DNA from: Desertimonas sp.
GTDB taxonomy: Bacteria; Actinomycetota; Acidimicrobiia; Acidimicrobiales; Ilumatobacteraceae
Length of the DNA: 64,000 bases
Direction of reading: 5' to 3'
Assembly (NCBI GenBank): GCA_047972065.1
Contig: JBKEAH010000033.1
Coordinates: forward strand, 403-64,402
A model generated the notes under the pieces. That model was given only the letters and a program-made list of their open reading frames with translations. It ran no database searches and was not told the origin of the DNA. Of this stretch, positions 44,384-54,600 are shown one piece after another (the stretch's first letter is position 1; each line of letters starts with the position of its first letter). Position numbers and translations under genes: made by a program.

Positions 44384-44422
44384 CGAGGGTTGGCCGCACG
44401 ACCGTGGTGCGGTCGACCCTCG
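44384..44422. terminator. composite hairpin between convergent genes
   Basis: CGAGGGT..GCCGCAC-N7-GTGCGG(T)C..ACCCTCG. It lies between the thioesterase stop and the ABC permease stop. Confidence 0.5.
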
Positions 44423-44497
44423 TCCGCGCTTCAACCCTCGATTGGGTTTCGGGGGTGCGCGCCGGCGGCTCTGCTGACCGGCCGAGCCCCAGCGTGA

Positions 44498-47137
44498 TCA
44501 GTCGAGGGCGAGACGGGCGATGGGGGTTGGCTGCGGTCGTAGGGTGCCGAGGGCGCTGGCCAACCAGGCCCCAGCCGCGGCCGCCGGCGGCAACACCGCG
44601 ATGACGGCGACCACGGTGAGCCACGGCATCCCGACCAAATGGTCGCCTGCGGCCCAGTCGCTGGTGCGGGATCGGGCGACGTCGAGCACCGCCAGCGGAA
44701 CCAGCGCCGTCGGGATCGCCAGCACGGCGGCGATCAGGGTCAGCAGCGCCGCCTGCGCCGCCGACGTCCGTCGGCGGGTCGAGGGTGCGGCGCCGAGCGC
44801 GGCCAGCACGGCGCGCTCGGGCCGACCCTCCGCCGAAGTCAACGAGAGCCCGATCGCCACCACGATTCCGGCGACGAGGAACCCGACGAACGCCGTGACG
44901 AGCTGCGCCCGCGACGGTGTCCAGATCGCCGGCTCGGGCACCGACGCCCAACGCCGGCCCCCGGCGCTCGGCGGCCCGGCGTCGAGGTAGTAGTCGCCGG
45001 CGCGGACGTCGTCGTCGAGGGCCCAGATCGCCTGGCGCTCGGCCTCGGTAAAGGGTCCGTCGCCATCGATGAGCAACCCCTGGGTCACGATCGCCAGCCC
45101 GAGGTCCGCGGCCCGTGCCGGCGAGACCAGCACCGAAGCGTCGAACTCGAAAGGCGTGCGACCGGCCACCGGGGTGAGCGTGACCGCGATCGCGCCGGAC
45201 TCGTCCTCGAGCGTCACGGTGGTCGGGCCGCCGGCATCGTCGGAGATGCCGCCGGCCCCGTTCAGGTCGATGGCGCCGAACTCGTCGAGCGTCGCTCGGG
45301 CCTCGTCGGACAGGCCGAGCCGCGCGACGAGGGCGGGATCGGCGATCAGCAGACGCTGCGAGAAACTCTCGTCGTGTCGTGGGGGCGGGTCGGTGACGAC
45401 GTAGCGCAGGTCGATCACCGCGGCGTCGGGAGCCTCGGCCTCGAGCGCGGCGCGGGCCGAAGCGAGCCAGCCCGGGGTGGACGGGGCGGGGAGGTCGACC
45501 AGCCCGTCGTTCTCGTCGGGCATGCTCCACGCCGGCGTGTCGACCACGACGGCGAGGTCCATCGGGCCCGGCGGGTCGATGGACCCGACCGCCAGCGCGC
45601 TGACCCCGACGGTCACGGTGAGGGCGACGCCGATCACCGCGACGACCGCCGTCGAGCGGAACCGGTTGCGGCCGATGCTGCGCGCCGCCAGCCTCCACGA
45701 CGGGCCCAGCCGGGCGGCCAGGTCGGCGGCCCGACCGATGACGACCGGGCTCACGCCGATCATGCCGATCACCACCAGCAGACCACCGACACCGCCGGTC
45801 AGCCCGGGGAGCCAACCATCAGACGTCGAGCGGCTTGCCAGCATCGAGGTGACGAGCAAGGCGGTGCCCGACGCCGATGCACCGATCCCGATCGGGACCA
45901 GCCGTCGTGGCGCCGGCCGCACCGGTCGTCGTCCCGCCAGCGCCGACAGGACCGGGATCCCTGCCAGCAGCCGGGCCGGGACCAGCGCCGCGATCGTCGC
46001 CGCCGCCACGCCGGTCAGTCCGATCACCACCAGGTCGAGCGGTCGGATCACCCAGACGTAGAGTTCGGTGAAGTTCCGTTCGGCCCAGTCCGAGCGGGCC
46101 AGGAACAGCCACACGAATGCCACGCCGCCGCCAATCCCGAGCACGGCGCCGACCAGCCCGGCCCAGGTCCCCTGCAGGGCGAGTACCCGCCGAACGAGCC
46201 CGGGCGACGCACCGTTGGCGAGCAGCTGACCCGAGGTGACGACCTGGCGTGCCGTCCCGGCGGCGAAGGCGGCGGCGATGATGATCCCGACGACCCCCAG
46301 ACCCACCACCCCAAGCATCCAGTTGACCGCCAACGGTCCGGCGTCGCCGTTCTCGGGCGCCCAGGCGTCGGGATCGCCACCGAACGAGTAGTCGAGCACC
46401 TCGAAGCGTGGCACCCACGGCGCCACCGACAACGAGACGTCACCGGGATCGAAGGTCGTCAGACCGGCCTCGATGGCCTGCTCGCTCAGGAACGGGCCGA
46501 TCCCGTCCCCGTCGCCACCGACATCGATCGAGACACGGTTCCACGGGTCGCGGACGGCCTCGAGCGGAAGGTCGACGCCGACGAGCCGGGTTCCCGCGTC
46601 GCGCCGACCGTTCACGATCCCGACGATCTCCAGCGGACCCAGGTACCGGGCATCGAGGACGTCACCGACGGCCAGGTCGAAACGGCGGGCGAAACCGGCA
46701 TCGACGGTCACCTCACCACGCCGGGCGGGCACGGCCCCGTCGATGAGGCGCCCAAACCGGTCCGGCTGCACGGTCTCGACCAGCTCGACCCAGGGCGGGT
46801 CGTGGACGTCGAACGCGCCACCGTCCACCAGCAGCGGCACGCTCGCCAGCTGGGAGCGCCACGCCTGCCACCCAGCGGGCAGCTCGGCGTCGGCCAGCGC
46901 ATCGCCACCCGACAGCCCGACGTCGGCGCCGATGCCGTACTGGTCCTCGAACCAGTGCACCGCATCGGGCGCGCCAGAGGCCGTGTTGCTGCGGATGAAC
47001 GCGGCCCCGAGCGTCATCGCCGCCACCGGGAGCGCCACCAGCAACACCACCAGGACCATCCGTGCCCGGCGTCGCCCCAGCTCCCGCCGGGCCAGCCGGG
47101 CGGCGAGCCGCCACGGCGAGCGCGCCAGGACGCTCAT
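44498..47137 (-). CDS. ABC transporter permease, double FtsX/MacB-type
   Basis: 879 aa with two sets of four TM segments, each preceded by a large extracytoplasmic domain. It is translationally coupled to the upstream ATPase. Confidence 0.8.
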   Translation of the reverse strand: MSVLARSPWRLAARLARRELGRRRARMVLVVLLVALPVAAMTLGAAFIRSNTASGAPDAVHWFEDQYGIGADVGLSGGDALADAELPAGWQAWRSQLASVPLLVDGGAFDVHDPPWVELVETVQPDRFGRLIDGAVPARRGEVTVDAGFARRFDLAVGDVLDARYLGPLEIVGIVNGRRDAGTRLVGVDLPLEAVRDPWNRVSIDVGGDGDGIGPFLSEQAIEAGLTTFDPGDVSLSVAPWVPRFEVLDYSFGGDPDAWAPENGDAGPLAVNWMLGVVGLGVVGIIIAAAFAAGTARQVVTSGQLLANGASPGLVRRVLALQGTWAGLVGAVLGIGGGVAFVWLFLARSDWAERNFTELYVWVIRPLDLVVIGLTGVAAATIAALVPARLLAGIPVLSALAGRRPVRPAPRRLVPIGIGASASGTALLVTSMLASRSTSDGWLPGLTGGVGGLLVVIGMIGVSPVVIGRAADLAARLGPSWRLAARSIGRNRFRSTAVVAVIGVALTVTVGVSALAVGSIDPPGPMDLAVVVDTPAWSMPDENDGLVDLPAPSTPGWLASARAALEAEAPDAAVIDLRYVVTDPPPRHDESFSQRLLIADPALVARLGLSDEARATLDEFGAIDLNGAGGISDDAGGPTTVTLEDESGAIAVTLTPVAGRTPFEFDASVLVSPARAADLGLAIVTQGLLIDGDGPFTEAERQAIWALDDDVRAGDYYLDAGPPSAGGRRWASVPEPAIWTPSRAQLVTAFVGFLVAGIVVAIGLSLTSAEGRPERAVLAALGAAPSTRRRTSAAQAALLTLIAAVLAIPTALVPLAVLDVARSRTSDWAAGDHLVGMPWLTVVAVIAVLPPAAAAGAWLASALGTLRPQPTPIARLALD

Positions 47138-47871
47138 CGCGCCAACCCCACGAGGTCGCCGGGATCGGCGGACAGGGCGACCACCGACTCATCGACGATG
47201 CGGCCGTCGCGCAGGAACAGCACCCGGTCGGCCCACGAGGCGAAGCGCGGCTCGTGGGTGACCAGCACCACGGCGGCACCGGTGGTGGCCGGCAGCGAAC
47301 ACAACAGCTCGATCACGCGGTCACCGGTCAACGTGTCGAGGGCACCGGTCGGCTCATCGGCGAGGATGACGGTGCGTTCGGCGACGATGGCCCGGGCGAT
47401 GGCGATGCGCTGCTGCTGCCCACCGGAGAAGTCGTCGGGGTAGCGGTCGAGGTGGTGGGTCAGCCCGACGCCCTCGAGCGCCTCGACGGCCCGATCACGC
47501 GCCGGGCGGGTCGCCACGCCGTCGAGCTCGAGGGGCAACATGACGTTCTCGATCGCCGTCAGCGAGGCGACCAGGTTGAGCCGTTGGAACACGTAGCCGA
47601 CCGAGCGGCGCCGCAGCGCCGATGTGTCGGCCGCGCTCAGGTCGGCGAGATCGACGCCGTCGACCAGCACCCGTCCGGCGCTCGGCGGCTCCAGCCCGCC
47701 GGCGAGATGCAACAGGGTCGACTTGCCGCAACCGGACGGACCCATCACGGCGACGATCTCACCGGGCGCGATCGTCAGGTTGATGTCCTTGAGGGCGTAG
47801 ACCTCGGTGGCGCCGGCCCCGTAGGACTTGACGACGTCGTGGAAGGCAAGCGCCGGGGTGATGTCGGTCAT
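47134..47871 (-). CDS. ABC transporter ATP-binding protein (MacB/LolD-like)
   Basis: Walker A GPSGCGKST, signature SGGQQQR and Walker B ILADEPTGALD. Confidence 0.92.
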   Translation of the reverse strand: MTDITPALAFHDVVKSYGAGATEVYALKDINLTIAPGEIVAVMGPSGCGKSTLLHLAGGLEPPSAGRVLVDGVDLADLSAADTSALRRRSVGYVFQRLNLVASLTAIENVMLPLELDGVATRPARDRAVEALEGVGLTHHLDRYPDDFSGGQQQRIAIARAIVAERTVILADEPTGALDTLTGDRVIELLCSLPATTGAAVVLVTHEPRFASWADRVLFLRDGRIVDESVVALSADPGDLVGLAR

Positions 47872-48437
47872 CGGGAGTCGTCCTTTCCGGAACGGTCATC
47901 GGCGGTCGGGTGAGATGTCGGAACGGGTTGGGTGAGCCGGGACTCGCACAGGTCAAGCCAACGAAGATCGGCCTCGGCCCGCACCACCAGGGCATCGAGC
48001 ACCAGCCGGTTGGCGAGCGAGGTGGGGGCGCCGTCGGGTACGGCGTCGCGGGCCTGGCGACGTTTGAGCTGGAGCAGACCGAGCAGCGCGGCGCGCTGAC
48101 GGGTGATCACCACGATGGCGTGGTCGCTGCCGTGCTCGATCGCCAGCAGGACCTTGAGCATCAGCTCGTCGCGCGGCGGCGGATCGTCGGCGGGGACGGC
48201 TTGCCACCAGGCGCCCAACTCCTCGCGCCCCGCCGCGGTGATGGCATACAGCTTCTGGCCGTCGTGCTCGTTGATCGTCACGAAGCCGTCGCGATCGAGC
48301 CGGTCGAGGGTGGTGTAGATCTGGCCGACGTTCATCGGCCAGACCCCCCCGGTGGCGTGCTCGAACTCGGTCTTGAGCTGGTACCCGTACCGCTGCCCCT
48401 CGTCGAGCAACGCCAGCAGTCCCTCGCGTACGGCCAT
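47868..48437 (-). CDS. PadR-family transcriptional regulator
   Basis: MAVREGLLALLDEGQRYGYQLKTEFEHATGGVWPMNVGQIYTTLDRLDRDGFV is a PadR wHTH. It is the first gene of a three-gene operon with the ABC genes. Confidence 0.85.
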   Translation of the reverse strand: MAVREGLLALLDEGQRYGYQLKTEFEHATGGVWPMNVGQIYTTLDRLDRDGFVTINEHDGQKLYAITAAGREELGAWWQAVPADDPPPRDELMLKVLLAIEHGSDHAIVVITRQRAALLGLLQLKRRQARDAVPDGAPTSLANRLVLDALVVRAEADLRWLDLCESRLTQPVPTSHPTADDRSGKDDSR

Positions 48438-48444
48438 GGCGACC

Positions 48445-48487
48445 ATCTTGCATACTGGATATGGCATTGTCAATACCCGGTATGCAA
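48445..48487 (-). promoter_or_regulatory. putative padR promoter and palindromic operator
   Basis: An AT-richer island carries the outer inverted repeat TTGCATAC...GTATGCAA (48448-48455 / 48480-48487). Inner palindromes are CATACTGGATATG and ATACCCGGTAT. On the minus strand, TTGACA-17 nt-CAAGAT ends 7 nt before ATG 48437. Confidence 0.4.
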
Positions 48488-48546
48488 CCGAACAGGTCTT
48501 CGCGCTTCCCCGGTCGTCGCGACACCCCCTGGCTACCGTCGGACCC

Positions 48547-51500
48547 GTGCCGATCGCCGCCACCACCACCCGTCACGGCGCCGCCAGCTTCGACGCACTG
48601 GCCGCTGCGGTGCGCGACGTGCAGGGCCACGACCCCCTGGCCCCGGTGACCATCATCGTGCCCACCAACACCGCCGGGGTGATGGCCCGCCGGGCGCTCG
48701 GGCGGCGCGGCGGCGCCGCCAACGTCGACGTGCTGACGCTGTACCGGCTCGCCGAGTTGCTGGCGGCACGGTCGCTCGTCGCCGAGGCGAGGACCCCGGT
48801 GTCCACCCCGGTCGTCGACATCGCCGTGCGCGAGGCCCTGGCCCGCACCGGCCCCGGGCTCTACGGCGACGTCGCCCACCACCCCTCCACCGTGGTGGCG
48901 TTGCGCGACCTGTATCGCGAGGTCCGACTGGCCGGACGTGGCGCGATGACCGCGCTCGGCCGCACCCGGCGCGGGCGCGAGCCGAGCCGCATCCTCGTCG
49001 AGGTCGCCCGGGCCCTGGCGGGCCACTGGTACGACGAGGGCGACCTGCTCGAGCGGGCCGCGGCCCTCGCCCGCGACGCGCTGGCGCCGCGTTTCGGGCA
49101 CATCATCGTCCACGACCTCCAGCGGCTCCGACCACTCGAGCTCGAACTGCTGCGGACGCTCGGCGAGATCGGCGACGTCGGCCTGCTGGTCGCCCGCAGC
49201 GGTGACGACGAGGCCGATCGTCCGGTGCTCGACATGGTCGCCGAGCTGGTCGGCGGCCCGCTACCCGACCCCCCCGACACGCCACCGCCGCCGGGCCGCA
49301 CGGTGCGGATCCACTCCACCACCGACGCCGACGAGGAGGTCCGCCTCGGCGTGCGGGCGGTGCTCGACGGCGCCCGGGGCGGCACACGCTTCGACCGGAT
49401 GGCGATCCTGTGGCCGAGCGACCGCCCGTACGCCCGCCTCGTCGAACACCATCTCGACACCGCCGACCTCGCCTGGAACGGCCGTCCCGGCACGACGGTG
49501 CTCGAGCGAATGGTCCCGCGGGTGCTCGCCGAGCTGCTCGACCTCGACCGCCGCGGGGTGCGGCGGGTTGCCTTGATGACCCTGCTCGGCGATGTCGCCG
49601 CCCGCCGCCCCGACGGCCGCCCGGTCCCGGTGGCCGCCTGGGAGCGGATCGCCCGCGAGGCGGGCATCGTGCGCGAGACCGATTGGGACACCCATCTCCC
49701 CCGCTGGCTCGAGGAGACGGCCGCCGCCGAGCCTTCGCACACCGACATCCGGCAACGGGTCGCCGATGGCGAGTCGCTGCAACGGTTCGTGGTCGAGTTG
49801 CGCACGGCGCTCGGCGACCCCGCCCTCACCCGGACGTGGTCGTCGTGGGTCGCGTGGTGCGAGACCCGCGTGGCGGTGTGGTTCGGGCCGGCGCTCGAAC
49901 GACTCCCCGACGTGGAGCGCATCGCGCTTCAGCAGACCCAGCGCGTGCTCGATCGTCTCCGCAACTTGGACCGTCTGGGTAGCGACGGTGCCGGCCGGCC
50001 GGTCACCCGTGCCGAGGTCCGCGCCACGTTCCTCGCCGAGATGGACGCGGTGCCGGCGCGCCGCGGCACGCTCGGTGACGGGGTCCACGTCGGCTCGCTC
50101 AGCGGGGCGCGCGGACTCGATCTGGACCTCGTGGTCGTCCTCGGCGCCGCCGACGGCCTCCTCCCGCCACCGCCGTCGGTCGACCCACTGCTGAGCGACG
50201 ACGATCGGGCCGCCGCCGGTCTGGTCACCTCCGACGAGCGGGCCCGCCATGCCCACCGCCAGTTTCTCGCCGCCACCCAGACGACACCCGAGGTGACGAT
50301 CACGGTGCCCCGCGGCGATCTGCGTGCCACCACCGCCCACCAACCCTCGCGCTGGCTGACCCCGCTGGTGGCCCACGGCGCCATCGAGGAGATGCTCGAC
50401 TCGCACGCCCACGGGCTCAGCGCCGCCGAGTTCCCGCTCTCGGAGGGCGAGCATCGCCGACGCGCCCTGTGGGTGCATCGGCGTGCCGGAGGCGACATCC
50501 GTCAGCACCCCCGGGTGCTCGACGATGCCGCCGCCCGGCGTGGTCTGCGGCTGATCGATGCGCGAGCCAGCGACGACTTCACCCCCTACGACGGCGATCT
50601 GTCGTCGCGTTCCATCGACGTGTTCTCCACGCCGATGTCACCCACTCGGCTGGAGGCCTGGGCCACCTGCCCCCACGCCTTCTTCGTGCAGTACGTGCTC
50701 GGCGTGCGCCCGATCGACGAGCCGGGCGAACTGGTCACCATCGACCCGCGCGACCGGGGCACGGTCATCCACCAGGCGCTACACCGACTTCATCAACTCG
50801 TCCTCGACGGCACCGTCGAGCCGCCGGGCCCCGACGGTTGGCACGACGGCCATCTCGCCCTGCTGACCGAGCTGACGCAACGTGAAGCAGACCGGCTCGA
50901 GCGGTCGGGGCGCAGCGGCCGGGCCGCCTACTGGGCCACGGCGCGTGCGGTGCTGATCGAGGAGGTGCGCCACTGGGTCCGCCAGGAGCGGGCGGGGTGG
51001 GTCGGTCAGCGCATCGCGTTGTCCGAGGCCAGCTTTGGCGAGCGGGGGGACGTCACCCTGGCGTTGACCGATGGCCGTCGGCTCGCCTTTCGCGGCTCGA
51101 TCGACCGGGTCGACCAACACCCCGACGGCACCCTGGTGGTCACCGACCACAAGACCGGCAAGGCAGACCGCTTCAAGGACCTCGACACCGACCCCACCAT
51201 CGGCGGGACCCACTTCCAGCTGCCGATCTACGCCGCCGCGGCCCGCGCACTCACCGGCCGCCCCGACGCGCCGGTGCGCGCCGAGTACTCGTTCTTCGCC
51301 CGCGGTGGCTTCGCCCGCCACGGCGCCGACCTCGACGACGAGGCGTGGCGGCGGGCGTCCGAGCAGCTGAGCGAGGTGGTCGCCGGCATCGAGCACGGCG
51401 TGTTCATCGCCCGCCCCGACAAGCCGGGCTGGCAGCTGTTCGTACCGTGCGTGTTCTGCGATCCAGACGGTCTCGGCACCGCCGAACGCTGGCCCGAGTG

Positions 51501-51651
51501 GGAGCGCAAGCACCTCGACCGCCGTCTCGCCCGCTGGTACGCCGAACCCGACGACGCCGCGGTCGGAGCCGACGTCGGCTCCGATGCCGCCAATGCCGCC
51601 GATGCCGCCGATGCCGCCGACGGCACGGTCCCAAAGGCGTCGACATCGTGA
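48547..51651 (+). CDS. AddB/AdnA-like helicase-nuclease subunit (degenerate motor, PD-(D/E)XK nuclease)
   Basis: About 1030 aa with the C-terminal RecB-type nuclease motif GSIDRVDQHPDGTLVVTDHKTGK and Cys residues ATCPH...PCVFCD. No Walker A was found by eye. The stop overlaps the start of the helicase gene. Confidence 0.75.
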   Translation: MPIAATTTRHGAASFDALAAAVRDVQGHDPLAPVTIIVPTNTAGVMARRALGRRGGAANVDVLTLYRLAELLAARSLVAEARTPVSTPVVDIAVREALARTGPGLYGDVAHHPSTVVALRDLYREVRLAGRGAMTALGRTRRGREPSRILVEVARALAGHWYDEGDLLERAAALARDALAPRFGHIIVHDLQRLRPLELELLRTLGEIGDVGLLVARSGDDEADRPVLDMVAELVGGPLPDPPDTPPPPGRTVRIHSTTDADEEVRLGVRAVLDGARGGTRFDRMAILWPSDRPYARLVEHHLDTADLAWNGRPGTTVLERMVPRVLAELLDLDRRGVRRVALMTLLGDVAARRPDGRPVPVAAWERIAREAGIVRETDWDTHLPRWLEETAAAEPSHTDIRQRVADGESLQRFVVELRTALGDPALTRTWSSWVAWCETRVAVWFGPALERLPDVERIALQQTQRVLDRLRNLDRLGSDGAGRPVTRAEVRATFLAEMDAVPARRGTLGDGVHVGSLSGARGLDLDLVVVLGAADGLLPPPPSVDPLLSDDDRAAAGLVTSDERARHAHRQFLAATQTTPEVTITVPRGDLRATTAHQPSRWLTPLVAHGAIEEMLDSHAHGLSAAEFPLSEGEHRRRALWVHRRAGGDIRQHPRVLDDAAARRGLRLIDARASDDFTPYDGDLSSRSIDVFSTPMSPTRLEAWATCPHAFFVQYVLGVRPIDEPGELVTIDPRDRGTVIHQALHRLHQLVLDGTVEPPGPDGWHDGHLALLTELTQREADRLERSGRSGRAAYWATARAVLIEEVRHWVRQERAGWVGQRIALSEASFGERGDVTLALTDGRRLAFRGSIDRVDQHPDGTLVVTDHKTGKADRFKDLDTDPTIGGTHFQLPIYAAAARALTGRPDAPVRAEYSFFARGGFARHGADLDDEAWRRASEQLSEVVAGIEHGVFIARPDKPGWQLFVPCVFCDPDGLGTAERWPEWERKHLDRRLARWYAEPDDAAVGADVGSDAANAADAADAADGTVPKASTS
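51583..51618 (+). repeat. 9-bp tandem repeat, 4 copies, inside the CDS
   Basis: GATGCCGCC AATGCCGCC GATGCCGCC GATGCCGCC, encoding DAANAADAADAAD near the C-terminus of the AddB-like protein. Confidence 0.8.
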
Positions 51652-54600
51652 GCCGGCACGACGATCACCAGCTCTCGCTCGGCCTCGACGACGGCGGCCC
51701 GACCGGCCCGACGACCCGACCGGCCGGCGCACCACCGGCACCCGATCAGGACGCCCGCGACCGCATCGTCGACGACACCTCGGCGACGCTGTTCGTGGAG
51801 GCCGGCGCCGGTGCGGGAAAGACCACGGCGCTCGTCGGGCGCATCCTCACGTTGGTCGACCAAGACGTCCCGATCGAGGCCATCGCGGCGATCACCTTCA
51901 CCGAGAAGGCCGCCGCCGAGCTCCGCCACCGCGTCCGGCGCGAGCTCACCGCCGGCCCCGACACGCCCGCCCGGCGCGCCGCCCTCGAACACCTCGACCA
52001 CGCTCCGGTGGGCACCCTCCATGCCTTCGCCCGCCGCCTCCTGCTCGAGTTCCCGGTCGAGGCCGGGCTCCCACCCGGGTTCGACGTACTCGACGAGCTG
52101 GAAAGCCAGCTGGCCTTCGACGACCGGTGGCAGGACCTGCTCGACGAGCTGCTCGACGACGCCGATCTCGAGGTGGCACCGGGGCTGTCCGCACGCGACC
52201 TCGCCGTGCTGTTCGGGTGGGCGAAGTTCGGCGGCATGACGGGTCTTCGTTCGATCGCCGAGGACTTCCAGGCCAACTGGGACCTGGTCGCCGAGCGGGT
52301 CGCCCTCGCGCCACCCGCCCGGCCAGCGCTCGACCTCGACGCCGTGGTCGCCGACGCCCGTTCGATCGGCGCCACGCTGGTTCCCGATGGCGACGGGCAG
52401 CAGACCTACGTCGCCAACATCGCCGAGGCCGGCGCCGCCCTCGCCGCCGTCGCCGGCACGATCCACGAGATCGAGGCGCTCGAACAGCTGCGCGCACGCA
52501 CCGCCAAGCCGAAGCGGGTGGGCGCCAAGAAGAACTGGTCGACGGGCGGCGACCTCGACGAGCTGCGCCAGCGCGAGCTGGCGTTGTCGGCGCTCGCTGC
52601 CGAGCACCTCGGAGCCTGGCGCGAGTACCGCCGCCTCGTGGTCGGCGCGATCGTGGGTCGCTTCGTACTCGAAGGGGCGCGCGCCCGCGCCGCATCCGGT
52701 GCGTTGGAGTTCCACGATCTGCTGGTCCTCGCCCGGCGGGTGCTCAGCGCCAGCGCGACGGCCCGTCGGCTGCTCCACCAGCGATACCGACGCGTCCTGC
52801 TCGACGAGTTCCAGGACACCGACCCGATCCAGCTCGAGATCGCCGTCCGCCTGACCGCCGACCCGGAGTCGGATGCGGCCTTCGGCCACGGCCTCGTACC
52901 CACGCCGGGTCGGCTCTTCGTCGTCGGCGACCCGAAGCAGTCGATCTACCGCTTCCGGCGCGCCGACGTCGCCGCCTACCTCACCGCCGCGTCGCGGATC
53001 GATGCCACCGAGGTGCGACTCAGCGCCAACTTCCGCTCGACCGGCGCGGTGATCGACTGGGTCAACGGCGTGTTCGCCACCGTCATCGAGGCCGAGCCGG
53101 AGGTCCAGCCGGCCTATCAGCCGCTCGACGTAGCCCGACCGGGTTCGACCGACCACGGCACGGTGCTGGTGGTCGGCGCCGCCGAGCACGTCGACGAGCC
53201 CAACGCCGACGAGGTGCGCTGGCGCGAGGCTCGCGACGTCGCCGCGGCGGCGGCGACAGCCATCCACGAGCGCTGGGCGGTCGGCGACCACGACGATGCC
53301 GGCCGCCCGATGCTGCGCCCCTGCCGACTCGGTGACATCGCCATCCTGCTGCCCGCTCGGACATCGCTGCCGATGCTCGAACGAGCGCTCGCCGATCTCG
53401 GCGTCGCCTACCGCGCCGAGAACGCGGCGGTCGTCTACACCGCACCCGAGATCCGTCACGTGATGCTCGCCCTCCGGGCGGCGGCCGATCCCACCGATCA
53501 GCTGGCGTTGGTCGCCGCGTTGCGGTCACCGCTCTACGGGTGCAGCGACGTCGAGCTGTTCGACTGGCGCCGGGCCGGCGGGCGATGGAACATCTTCGGC
53601 ACGGCCCCCGACGAGCTGTCCGAACACCCCGTCGCCGGCGCGCTCGGCCACCTTCGCTCGATCGCCGAGCGCGCCGGCCGCGTCGGTCCGGCCGAGCTGG
53701 TCGGCGCGATGGTCGACGAGCGACGGGTGCTCGAGGTGGCGTTGGCCGGTGCCGACGCCCGCGACGTCTGGCGTCGGGTCCGGTTCGTCACCGATCAGGC
53801 CCGCGCCTGGACCGACGCCGGTGGCCGTGGGCTCCGCCGCTATCTCCAGTGGACGAAGTTCCAGGCCGATGAGGGTCGCGCCAGCGACACGATCCTGCCC
53901 GAGCGTGACCACGACGCCGTGCGGATCATGACGGTGCACGCCGCCAAGGGGCTCGAGTTCCCGATCACGATCGTCGCCGGGCTGACCACCCTCAACCGTG
54001 GCCGGCGACGTCTCAGCGCCGTCTGGCCCGATGACACCTGGGCGCTGGCCGAACGCGACGACCCGATCTTCGAGGCGTTCAGACCGCTCGACGAGCAGAT
54101 GAGCGATGCCGAGCGGCGCCGCCTCCTGTACGTCGCGTGCACCCGCGCCGTCGACCACCTCGTGGTGTCGCTGCATCGGCCGGCGCTCCCGGCGAGCTCC
54201 AAGTCGGCGCCCGGCAACTGGTCGAGCGCCCGCGTGCTCGCCAGCCACGGTGCCGACGGCCACGGTGCCGCGAGCTTCGCCGGCACCCCCGATGCGCTCG
54301 ACCCTCCGACCGCGGCGCCGATCGAGCTGCCGTGGGCCGACCACCAGGAGTGGGCCACCGAGCGCCGGCGTGCCGTTCGAGCCGCCGCGGTGCGGACCAC
54401 CACGAGCGCCACCCGGCTGGCCGCCGGCATGCCGACCGCCGCGCCCGGGACCGACGTCGACGGCGATGACCTCGCCCACCCGGCCGACGCGTCCGGTGGC
54501 GCCGACGAGGACGGGGACCTGCTCGGCCTCACCGTCGACGTCGGCCTCGCCAAGGAACCCGTCGACCTCGACCTGCCGCCGTGGCAACGCGGTCGCTACG

